This document shows positions 1 to 10,824 of a stretch of 20,000 bases of DNA, piece by piece. Made by a program: the position numbers and the translations under genes. Origin of the DNA: Mitosporidium daphniae (lineage: Eukaryota); the NCBI RefSeq assembly GCF_000760515.2, contig NW_013546689.1, forward strand, positions 51,668 through 71,667, written 5' to 3'. Positions within the stretch are counted from its first letter, which is position 1; every line of letters begins with the position of its first letter. The notes beneath the pieces were generated by a model. The model searched no databases. It had not been told where the DNA came from and was given only the letters and a program-made list of their open reading frames with translations.

Positions 1-994
1 CCCAAGGTAACTTAGCGCCAAGCCATTTTCCTCCTCTTCTGCCGCCATTTCAAAGTATTTTCGAGCCGAATGGTAGTCTGCAGGCTCTCCTGCTAACCCG
101 TGAAAGTAGTTCTGTCCAAGGGCAAGCTACGAGGGAAAATATGAAAGTCAATCTTACTTGCACTTCGGCATTTCCAGTTGATGTCAACTCATAAAATCGG
201 ATAATGTCGTGCTTTGGACTATTGGCCCCCTTGTCACCACTTGTAGCATCGATGCGTGTGGGGATATCTTTAGAAAAGGAAGGGACGATCTCAAACTCGG
301 TTTCGTAAACAGCTACAGTTTAAACGGCAAAATGATACTCATATTGCAAGCCAGAAGATACATATTGATTGCCAGATTTCTATTGAAAAGCACCCCGATG
401 CCATGGGTGTATTTATAGCCAAGAGCCATATTTGCCGGTGGATACAGCAGAGAACTTGCTGCCATCAAATGAAGCAGACCCAAATGCGGGTCCGAGTCTT
501 CAACCAAGCGTTCCTCTTCAATTAATGCCAAGTGAAAGTGGGCTCTTCCGGCTTTGAGGGAATCGTCGGTAAAATCAATCAAGTGCGAGTAATACACCTT
601 TGCCTTGGGAAAATCCGGAAAATTCGTCAAATTGCCAAACTAACATTGTTACAAAAATAAAAGTCATACAAACGCAAGGTCGCCCAAAACCTCAACGCAA
701 TGTGCCTTGATCGAATTAGGCACCTCCGGGAGGTGCGATATTTTTTCAAGATTCAAAATGGCATCTTCAATTGATATATGGTCTGATTTTGAAAAAAAGG
801 AGAACAGTGATTTCCTTTTCAAATGTGCCTGATTGCTTGCATCGCGTAAAATAGCCTCAATAGAGCTGTTGTACAGGGAAATCAGATCGGTCTACATGCA
901 AGTTATTTTAACGCAATCTTACATTGGCAGATCGAACACATGAAAACAAAAAAAGACATGTATAAAAGCTAGTTAGGATCTGGTGGATTCGCAT
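1..994 (-). CDS. HRD3: SEL1-repeat ERAD adaptor Hrd3/SEL1L (5' part; runs off the window start). Exons 994-923, 891-670, 639-339, 312-158, 126-<1
   Basis: Four GT-AG introns (892-922, 640-669, 313-338, 127-157) give one frame starting with a signal-peptide-like MRIHQILTSFYTCLFLFSCVRSA. SEL1 repeats follow (ANMALGYKYTHGIGV; DIIRFYELTSTGNAEVQ|LALGQNYFHGLAGEPADYHSARKYFEMAAEEEENGLALSYLG), resembling SEL1L [24 protein letters not shown]. Confidence 0.82.
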
Positions 995-1113
995 AAATAT
1001 CGAAGAGGGCTAAATTAAAATCTGCCAAATGCAATAGCAAAATAAATTTTACCTTCAAGTTTTATTAGATTCTTTGAAATTGGAAATTATTTCACTTTCA
1101 AAAAAATCACCCA

Positions 1114-4100
1114 ATGTGGTCGTCACAGCAAAATCCCACTGCTTCAAGCAATGCAAACAATGCGAATCCACTTGGGGGGAATCCCTTTGGTTCTTACACC
1201 AATTTTGCAGCAACACCTTCTCAGCAGCCCAATATATTTGGGACTGCACCGGCACCAGGTCAAACTCAAGGGCCCCCCCCTTCACAACCTTCCAGCTTTC
1301 TTAGCAATATGGCTACGGGTAATAAGCCTCAATACACCCCGTTTTTTGGGTCCACATCAACAGCAACTACGCCCTCAATGCTCGGAACAAATCAAACCCC
1401 AAATCTATTTGGGGCATCTGCCGCAACGCCCTCAATGCTCGGAGCAAATCAAACCCCAAATCTATTTGGGGCATCTGCCGCAACGCCTGCATTTTCTTTA
1501 GGATCCTCTACAATCGGTTCGGGACCTTCTGCCCAGCCTTCAAATGCAAACATGGCTAACCCATTTGCAACAACATACTCATCAACAATCCCATCTCTTG
1601 GATCGGGGTTTACATCTGGCTCTACGAACCTTACTCCACTGAATACCAACGGTACAACTTTGCCATCAACAGCCTCCCAACCCGCCATTAATCCTTTTTT
1701 TAGGCCAACCACGCAACCTTTGACGCAGACTTCAAATTTGGCACAATCTTCGCCATTTTTGGTCTCTACAGCGCAGTCCACAGAAGCAGGCGGTAACCAA
1801 CAGCCTGCCACCTCTGCCTATGCTCAGCAGGTTGACTTTCAAGCAGAGCCGCAAGAAAAAATTAACTCGTATTCATTTCCTTCTAGCAAGATCAGCAAGC
1901 TGCTGCTTGATTCCTCGACGCTGGCGTCAAAGTGCTGCAAATCAACACTTGATCTTTTTTCGTCGCACTTTTTCCCGACAGCTGCCATTGATGCCATAGC
2001 CTTTCCCAACGCGTCGATTGGATATTCTTTTTTATCAAAACATGGCATTGATGTCAATGAATCCGAGTTAAAAATATCAAAGATTGCGGCATTTTCTTCA
2101 AAAGAAAAAGGGCTGCCAGCCCCGAAAATTAAGCAGCAAGAAAAGCTCCTGTTGCAGGTCCAGCGTTCTCCTATTGAATACCAAAAGAGCGTAAATTTTT
2201 GTAGACAAGAGGCCATCGAAGATGCGATTAAATTGAAGGTATAATTTTCGCCTCTTATTTGTTAGAGATGTGAAAGCATGAAGCGATACATCTTTTCTTC
2301 GATTACATCACATTGGGATGCTTGCAGAATGGGCACAAATTTAGGACAGGCTCTTTCCCCCATCGTCGTTGCGGGAGAAAAGGATGGTGTAGAGGCACCA
2401 ATTCAACTGCCCTCTCTCAAGTCCATCATTACCGACCATAAGGCTCGAGCTTTTGCAGAAACAATTTCCGAGCTAAATGCCTTTCGAATTTCGCAAGGAA
2501 ACGCAAAAATCTCTCCTTTGATTCACTTCCCCTTATGCAATAGGCTGCTTTCCATCTTGGCTCCCTTTTCACATGATCCGGTAATTTAAGCGATTCCATA
2601 ATTTTGCAGATTTATTCGGGCATCTCTAGTGTGCTGAAATTTATTTCGCTAGTATCTGACGAGGCAGGATTGAGAGAAAAATCGAAACCCAATCCTTCTC
2701 CTGACGCCGAATTCACCCAATCAGCAAAACACTTCTTTGAGAAGGAATTTATCTGCCATATGGACCGAATGATTAGCCAAAATCCACGAGAAGCTATTCT
2801 TGGGGGCCGACCAAACCTCATTGACAAAGTCAGAGCGTATACGAATCTCAGGTTAACCCAGCGCAATCACCACAAGGGCACTTCTCTATCGACGTCCCTA
2901 TCACACAACACCTTTTTTGACGCTGTAGAAATGTTCCATGGGGGCGACCCTGGATCTCAGGACAATATTCCGATTTATCCCTGGGCTACTCTTTATTTTT
3001 TAATCAGAGCCGGTGCTGGTAAATCTCATCTTTTGGGCTGGGTTGAGACCTTCGAATCGTATTTTGTTCGATCAGACAAGTATTTCAAAGATGCGCTTGT
3101 TGCGTTTGCTGAAGAGTCGTCTTCAGTCGATAATCTCGATAACAATCGTCTTGTGGACTTTGTAAGAAATGAATATTTGAGGTTGGAATCCCTAAGAGAC
3201 ACCACTGATCCATTTCGGCTTTTAATTTATGGCCTTTTTTCTTCTTCCGCAAGACGAAGCTGTGGGCAGCATTTTGATAAATCGGCGCTATCCTCTCCAC
3301 CGCTCTCCATTATATCCACGTTTGAAGATTGGATCTGGTATAACCTGTCAATTTTGCGTGAGAGCTCTCTTTTAGAATTCAGAACCACTGTGCAGAAATT
3401 CTCGGCTTCCTATTTTGACTCCAACTCGATGGATGCAAATAGCAGCTCTTCAAACTATTTCAAGCTTTTATTTTACATCGGTCTGTTTGATAAGGGCTTG
3501 CTTGCAATGCTTCGAGCTACAGCAGTGAAGCCAACAATTTTTGTTGAGGCCGTTCATGTCTCCATTGCGCTCTTGTATCATTTTGAAAGGCTGCCTGGCT
3601 TAAATGTCGACATTCCTCTGCATATATTGCGCCAGTATGTGACGCTATTGACGGCTGCTTATTCCAAAGAGTCCACATTTGTTTCCCTGGAATATTTATC
3701 CATCATATCGGTGATGCCTTCAAAGCAAGAGACTTGCTTCAATCTTTTGGTCGACTGGATGCTGGCCACCAGCTCGTACAAAGCCCCCTTGGCCTCAATT
3801 AGTGACGATGGAATGGTTCAGGTATGTCTTTTTTGTCGAATTTATTGTTAGCCCGGTCCGATTGCCAAGTATTTGCCGTTGATACAATTAACGGAGTGTC
3901 AAAAATTTGATCAGGCCAAGGGATTGAATGTTTCCGGTACTTGCGGTTCGCCATCCCTTCTGGTGGTTCTTTCTTGGAGGGTTGCCACGCAACTTCTTTC
4001 TCGAGCCGTTTCCGAAGATGAGGAGGAAGCTGCCTTGGGCTTGTTCCATATTTGTTCATCATATGAGCGGATATTTGAGCTTTTAGCCAAAAAACTGTCG

Positions 4101-4664
4101 GATGCCCTTCTCGATGGCAAGGTTGCTCCTTTGGCGCCGTCGCCCATTGCTCGCCAGGCAAGGGGTACGCTGAACTTTTACCGCCAGCACGCTCCGGATC
4201 GAAATTCATACAATTCACCACCATGTCAAAAGTCGATCTCTGTACTGACCTTGCTTCTGTCTTTATATGACGCTCTCTCGATGCAGCGTAATTCATGTTC
4301 AGATAAGGCTCTTGAGGTAATCAAGTTGATCAGTAACCCCTAGATCTTGAAGAGCTCCAACCTGATAAGCTTTTCTTCAAATGACAAGTTTACGGTCCAC
4401 GAGTCCGTTGTTGATGCAAATGGAGCCCCATCTTTGAATAGGCATTTGGGGCTCATCCTTGAGCTAACCCTCAGTGCCATGGCTGAGCTATACAGCCAAT
4501 CAACTCGCCCCACCGCGGTTTCCACTTTACAAACAGTACCATTTTCCATTCAAGACCTCAAAACCATGGGGCGCGCCGTCATGTTATTTGCAAGCAAGTT
4601 TTCAACCAAAATCGGGCCCTCTTACTTTGCAGCCCTCACGCGTCTTGATGCCATGATCCAATAA
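1114..4664 (+). CDS. NIC96: Nucleoporin Nic96/Nup93 with FG-rich N-terminal extension (~1145 aa). Exons 1114-2238, 2266-2580, 2610-3821, 3852-4316, 4344-4664
   Basis: Four phase-0 GT-AG introns (27, 29, 30, 27 nt) join five ORFs. Nic96 motifs: AKHFFEKEF..ISQNPREAILGGRPNLIDKVRAY, PWATLYFLIRAG, DPFRLLIY, TFEDWIWYNL, DGMVQ|PGPI. The first ~240 aa are S/T/N/Q/P-rich with NPFG/NIFG/NLFG repeats. Confidence 0.92.
1369..1487 (+). repeat. 57-bp tandem duplication (2 copies plus 5 nt) encoding TPSMLG[T/A]NQTPNLFGASAA
   Basis: Units start at 1369 and 1426 and differ at one position (A1387/G1444). Confidence 0.95.
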
Positions 4665-4668
4665 ACTT

Positions 4669-4970
4669 CTTGCGCCGGCGAGGGGTGATACTGCACCACT
4701 TGACCGGCAAGCTACTTTATCCCCAGCCGAACCCTAATCCGATATTAAACACACAATGTGTGTGCATGGGAAATTGTTTAATAATTTTCGATGCAATAAT
4801 AAATTTGCTAAATTACGCAAATCGGTAGCTCTATCGCGATTGCGTGATGCAAAGTGTACATGTCAATGCCCTGGCTATGTTGGGCAAAAGCCCCAAAGAC
4901 ACTGCCAGTAACAGCCCCGTGACTTGCCTTAATTTAATACACCATTTGGGGTTATTCTAATCAAATACAA
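4669..4970 (+). ncRNA. Structured ncRNA candidate; possible telomerase RNA (template-like AACCCTAA at 4730-4737)
   Basis: 330-nt spacer between convergent genes, where the other gene-to-gene convergent spacers are ~50 nt. It contains several helices with G-U pairs favouring the + strand: 4674-4708, 4710-4716/4824-4830, 4743-4751/4775-4783, 4763-4795, 4803-4822, 4833-4848, 4889-4897/4945-4953. Identity and ends are inference. Confidence 0.4.
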
Positions 4971-4994
4971 GGGTTTATTATTCTCAAGTAAGGG

Positions 4995-5897
4995 CTATGA
5001 TTGCGTCGAAGGCTGCAATTGAAACTGAATTGGTTAGCAAATATCGACATACTCTGGTGGCCGAAGTGCCATAGTCTGTAGAAATCATCCCCTCTGGCAC
5101 GGATGACGGGCTGCCTGCCTGAGGATGAGAAAGCTGATGCCTATGGTGCATCATTTGCATCTGTTGTTGAAGCTGTTGTTGCTGCTGCGCTTGTGCTTGT
5201 GCTTGTGCTTGTTGCTGATAATACATAATCCTATCGATAGATGCGCCAGATGGAGCCGATGCTCCGGGCATGGAGACTCCGCTGTTTGCATATGTATTTT
5301 GCATTTGGAGCTGTTGTTGCATGGTCAATTGAGACGGAAGATAATACGATGGATCGCCGAGCAGAGAGCCTCTGTAATCGTTCTACGCAAAAGCAAATCA
5401 GCATCAATGATGCGCATACCTCTAGTTTTTTCGCCATCGATCTGGAGTCTTCCCTTGGCACGATGTCAATGAGAAAATCAAATGTATCTGTTTTTTGGAT
5501 TGCAGCAGAGACATCGCTTCGCTGCAGCGTTCGTCGCTTCGAATCCTCCGTATGGAGCCATGACCGCAACGTCAGCTCTAAAATAAATATCTCGCATGCT
5601 TTGGCAAAAATAATCGGCGCCTCTGCACTAATCATCTGAAAAGTAATAGACGTCACGTCCTACCTTGACATCTTCGTCTGTCTTCATAACTTTTTTTATG
5701 CGTGCAAGTGGGAGCTGGAAATTCTTAAAGTCCAGCTCGCCATGTTCGATTGCCTGCAGCTGAGATTGCCAAAAATTTTGCAAAAGCATCAATTGGTTCG
5801 AGAGCGCAGAGGAAGAGTGCCCACTAGAATGCAATTGAGAAGATGGTTGGGGCATGCCTGTGGCAGCAATTGCAGATTCATATGTTGAAGGATCCAT
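4995..5897 (-). CDS. HAP5: CCAAT-binding factor subunit NF-YC/Hap5 (histone fold, Q-rich tail, ~269 aa). Exons 5897-5664, 5635-5420, 5382-5053, 5024-4995
   Basis: [83 protein letters not shown] is the NF-YC core. Introns are 5636-5663, 5383-5419 and 5025-5052 (GCTAAC branch site). If the last intron is retained the stop is at 4984. Confidence 0.95.
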
Positions 5898-6087
5898 GTA
5901 GATTAATTAATGATTGGAGCAATTATTATAAAATCTTCCTATAAACAATGTGTGTGCAAGTTGATATTATTCGAGCTTATGGCCTTAATCTTGATGTACG
6001 AGGAGAAAGTGATGAATTATTGGTTGCCAAGTAGCAATCGATTAAATTTGGGTAACCGGCAACTTTTAAATTTACAATTTAATAAGT

Positions 6088-9000
6088 TTAAAAAATACAC
6101 CTCAGCAATCGAATACCCAGGGTTGATGGTAGATTCATTGCACTCATAAAAACGTTAGAAAGCGAAAATTTCTCGTTGATCGAGTAAGGAATGCCACTTA
6201 AAGAATTTGAAGAAGATTCTTGCGAAACTTCTGAAGAGTTAAAAGGAAAATCAATGTCTTCCTCTTTGGCAGCAGTTTCAGAAAAGTTTTCCTTGTTGCT
6301 CTTGAGCCTCAGGAGGGCCTCTCTTATCCTAACTGGAATAGGAAACTCTTCATTATCTCTTGTTTCGGTCGCCAGAATTTTCAGTAGCATCTCAAAGTCT
6401 TGACCTGGTCGAGTCCAAGTGTGATGTTCAGCCAAACGATGTGCATTGATAGCCTTTTCCTTCACCAAGTCTGGATTGTGATAAGCAATTTTTAGGATCT
6501 TTTTGAGGGACTCCACAGAGGGGGCAGCCCACCTAGGCGCGACTTTAGTCTTTGAACCATTGAATTCTTTATATCCCGGTCCACATGGTGATATTTTGCA
6601 AATGGCCACAGGCTTGCTTTTCAGATGATATTGGTAGTCTTTCCAAGCACCATCATCATCATCCCCTTTCCGCTCCTCTTCGTTGTCTTCGGACGGACGC
6701 TCTTCTTGTGAAATATAAAATACGCTATCAGAGGTGGTAAACTCCAAAGCCGGGCCTGCCTGCGTCACCGCAACAGCTGTTCCTGCGGCCATAGCCTCCA
6801 GGATAATTAGTCCAAACCCCTCTGCCCTATAAGGAGCAAGAAAGATATCCCCAAGCTTAAATAGTTGAATCATCTCGGACCACTCTAGGGCACTATCCAA
6901 ATAAATCAGTCGTGGTATGTCATATCTAGAGCTGTCCGTTTGAAGCAGCGAGGTGTCTCTTCCTGCGGCTTCGTAATCAGCTTGATGTGATCTGATTTGG
7001 TCAAAATAGTATCCGTCTCCATAAACGCTATGAAGCACCAGGCAAGCTTCATCGGCGCGCTTAAAAGAGGCAAGAAAAGATTTGACAGCCACATCTACGC
7101 CTTTCCTTGCCAAAAGGCCTCCAGAAAAAATTGCAATGAATTTGGAGCATCCAGAAAGGTTTTTTATATTTTCGATGATGGAGCGCGCTCCCCCCCCTCC
7201 ATTAACGGGTTTTCCAGCGGGCAATTTGGGGATTTGTTGGATTTTGGAGAACGTAACGCCATGTGGCAAGATAACAATCTTTGATGGATCAACCCCATTT
7301 GCGATGTATGTATCTTTTGAAAACTCAGAAGGCACCACTAGAACATCGACTAGTGATAGCTTTGGAAGCCATGACTCCGGGACTCCCCAGAATTCCCATG
7401 GTTGTGACTGTATCCAAAAAGTGGAAGGAGAAACAGGAAGCGATAAATCTGGTCCGCCACCGCCTAACCAGGCATTTCTAAATACAATGTCTGGGAATGA
7501 ATCGCTTGACCCAACACCGCGGTTGCTTTCTTTTCCAAAAGACGGTGCCAAAAGAGGGAATATTCTTAATAGCAAGCCTGCTAGCAAAGGTTCAGACGTT
7601 GCAAGAGAGGGGGGCGATTTTCTTGGCTGAAAAATGCTATCAACTTGGGCAAATGACGCAGCCGTGGTAGATCGGGAGACACTGCCGATCGCATTTCTAT
7701 CTCCTCCTGCTCCTCCCCCTGGTGAGTTTCCAAAATTTCGAATCATGCCCAAAATCATACTCGAAGAGGGTCTCGATGCTGCAATATTAGCCCACATCAA
7801 GTACTTGACAACCGAATCTAATAATGGAGGCTTTGAGCTCGACGAAATGCCAACTTTAGGATCTGTAGGTGCAATTCGAACCATAAAATTGAAGCTTCTC
7901 CAGCTCAGTTGCATGAATAGAGCCCTATTCACGGTAGCAAACCCAGAAAAATCAAAGAAGGGCCCTTCAAACTGAAGGGTTATTATCGGCAAAAAGTTAT
8001 TTTCCGACAACAGTGGGAAAACATTCCTAGTAAGCCGGACCGGAGTAAGTCTTGACTCTGCCATGGAAATCCATTCGTGACGATATGAGAATGAATTTTC
8101 TGGAAGGTCGTGAAGAACGGGAATATAATAAGTATTGGCCTCGATGGAAAACATCGTCCAGCTTTGCCCGGTGCTTTGAATTGAAAATAGATTTTCGTCG
8201 TTGAGACGCCATTCAGACCAAACCACAGCAGGCTGCGAAACCATGGATTGCTTTTTGAATTCATCAAATTTGTATTGCAGTGTGGAGCCAAGAATCCCTT
8301 TAGGGGACGAAAATCTAGAAATGCTTTCAAATTCAATCGAAATTCCGGTTCCGTTTTCAGGATTGTTCACACGTACAGTGGTACTGTTGGTGATGAGCGT
8401 GAACCCTGATGGTTGATTTTGATACTGGATGCGAAAGTTTTTTTTAGACGTGTTTGGGGTTTCTTCAACATCCAAAGGAAGCCCTTCTTGAACCAAAATA
8501 TATATCTCAGGGGTTCTTATTCCAATCGCTCTAATGGTCCCATCTTGAAAAATGGCTCCATTGACCTGAATTTCAGAATCCGCATAAATCACGTAAAGGC
8601 AATCAAGTAAATTGGCATTTTTCTTTTGACCCACAGCGACAGGGCAAAATAGGCTTTGAGCAGCATTCAAGGGCTCAACTACATGCTCCATCATCGTATT
8701 ATCAGGTTGCTGCATAGAAAATGTAAAACCGGACGGCGTTTCCACGGGCGTTTGTTGGTCTTCTTCCTCGGAAAAAGAGATATGGTTCCCATTGAAATCA
8801 ACAATCATCGATTGGCGCCAATGTGCGGTATTTTCCAAAGAATCGAAAAATGGATCCGAATGAACTATCGGAGGCACACCTGTAGCCGTGATGTGAGAAT
8901 CGTTTTTCAACAGCAGATTCCAATATGCACTTGCGATTCTTGGCCATCGCCATGAAGAGACGCCCATGGCGGCACGTTTTCCGTATCCCTTGCGAAAATC

Positions 9001-10515
9001 AAAGTCGTTATAAAGCTTAACAATCGACTGCACAAATTCGTTGCCATGATTGCCATTGACATCAAAAGAGGAAAGAAGAATTCCGCGATCTTCAGAAAGC
9101 AGCTCAATAGCATATCGATATGGCGTTGCAACGATCGCCAACCCAGCAGCCATGGCAGCTGTAAGGGTTCCCGAAATTGGCGTTATTTCATCATAAAGCG
9201 AAACATACACGTCACACTCGGCGTAGTAATCTAACAATTCTTCCGGAGTGAAAAAAGTATCAACCCACTCTAGATGTTTTCTAACCCCCAGTGTTCGGGC
9301 TTCGTTGATATACAAGTCCATTAAGCCCCTGGAGGCGCTTTTCGGATGCTGCTTGCCTACAATTCGAAACACAAGATTTGGAATCAACTTAATAAGCTGC
9401 GGAAGCGCTCTAATAACCCGCAAATATCCCTTATGTTCGTGAATCAGACCATCGGACAGCAGTATAAATTTCTCCGGATTGTCCTTGGTTACTGATCCTG
9501 ATGTCAATGCATCCCCCATGTCGGCATAAATGTCTTTTACACCGTGCGGGATCATCATTACTTTTGATGCGGGAACTCCGAATGCATTCTTTAAAGAATG
9601 GCAAGCATAGTGTGACATGCTAACTACCGACTGAGAAAGCCGCGAAAGTTGTCTTATGAACGCACGTTCCTCCTCATTTGGATAGGCTCTTGGAGTATGG
9701 AAAACCGTGACAACCGAAATTTCTGGCGAAATCCAACGGAGCAAATCGGCCTGTTGCCACATGACTGGAGTGAGTCCAAATTCAGACTGCAAGAGAAGAT
9801 GGGTGAATCCAGCATCATTAATGCTGTTTGCAGCTCTCAAAATTGATGGAGACGGTGCCAATTGATCCAAATCAATGATGATGGACACCTTTTCCGCATC
9901 ATAAGACCTAAATAGTGAGGCCAACGGCCCTCCGGATGAGGAATCATGCAATGCAATCACAGAAAGATCACAGTTTTCTGGAAGGGTATTTTTCATTGCA
10001 CCGTACAAGTCATCTGCAAATTGGCCAATCCCACATCTGGTGGGTGGAAATGACGAAACGATCCCCAATTTGCATTGACGAAGATTAGTCTACGGATGAA
10101 ATTAGAAAAAAGTCAAATAATTAATGCGCATAAATAAATAAGCACACTTTGAATGATGTCTCCTTAGACATTGACCAACCTCTTTTTTTGCCATGTAGTC
10201 GGTGTAGGCCTTTTCCTGGTGTACCTTGAAGGAGAGTGGAGTTATGGCAAGATTTCCTTCTTGCTGAAATTCGGAGCTGATTTTCAGGGCAATATCCCCG
10301 AACATTGAAAGCAATATGACCGAATAGTATGTCACAATGCAAGATCCAAATAAAAATAAAAGGCTTTTCAGGACCTTATAGTGCTTTGCCCATCGATTTG
10401 GCGGCTTTTGATGCGATATCGATACCCCACCAATGTTATCAATACCATTTCCTGCTTCAATATCTTCAGCACTGGCTAGTTGCTGCAGATTAGCGTTGTT
10501 TCTGGGCTGGCTCAT
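6088..10515 (-). CDS. Type II membrane protein with two GT-B (GT4/Glycos_transf_1) glycosyltransferase modules flanking a beta-rich domain (~1445 aa)
   Basis: Module 1: GIVSSFPPTRCGIGQFADDL...GLIHEHKG...SGTLTAAMAAGLAIVATPY. Module 2: QPWEFWGVP...VDVLVVPSEF...GGLLARKG...PYRAEGFGLIILEAMAAG. The upstream exon (ATG 10515, TM segment SLLFLFGSCIVTYYSVILLSMF) joins in frame via intron 10090-10179; the donor is uncertain. Confidence 0.85.
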
Positions 10516-10824
10516 CGGTTTCCCACACTTAGTGTTCAAGTTTCCTCTTCTTCTTTTGAAAAAATTATGCGATCTTCTACCAAGAGGTCGAAAATGCGGA
10601 CAATGCAGAAAATGGTAAAGTCTGGTGTTTTTTGTATTCACTTTTTTAAATCCACCTATTGTTACTAGGGAGTGCTGATGGGTGGGTATAGTTACCTTGT
10701 CAATTTCCTCGCTATTTCTGGGATCCTTGCTGAAAACAACTAAATAGCCGGTTTTGGCCGTTCCTTATTGAATATAAGCTTTAATTTCATTTTAACTAAC
10801 TTTACTTTGCTCGAAATGGCTTAT

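Noticed and set aside
1369..1487. Direct repeats as a CRISPR array (also 17647-17709)
   Set aside because: The units are contiguous with no unique spacers, no cas genes are present, and the context is eukaryotic.
4669..4712. HDV-like ribozyme or U2/U4 fragment on the minus strand
   Set aside because: Only short word matches (CCCCTCGCCGG; TCAAGTG..AGTATC); the required pairings and flanking conserved sequence are absent.
4880..4958. RNase MRP-like P4 halves (GGGCAAAAGCCCC and GGGGTTATTCT)
   Set aside because: They lack the exact GAAAGUCCCC/GGGGCU consensus and are only ~55 nt apart. Kept only as a lesser alternative for the 4665-4994 RNA.
5160..5218. CAG/CAAGCA microsatellite
   Set aside because: Ordinary Gln/Ala-rich coding tract in the NF-YC tail.
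5910..6149. 79-aa + strand ORF
   Set aside because: AT-rich promoter/terminator sequence overlapping the end of the glycosyltransferase; no recognisable features.
6191..9846. Many + strand ORFs opposite the glycosyltransferase, and similar antisense ORFs over other genes
   Set aside because: Shadow frames of well-supported genes with no motifs of their own.
10688..10699. U1 snRNA 5' end look-alike (ATAGTTACCTTG)
   Set aside because: It is the reverse complement of a minus-strand 5' splice site; no U1 stem-loops or Sm site follow.
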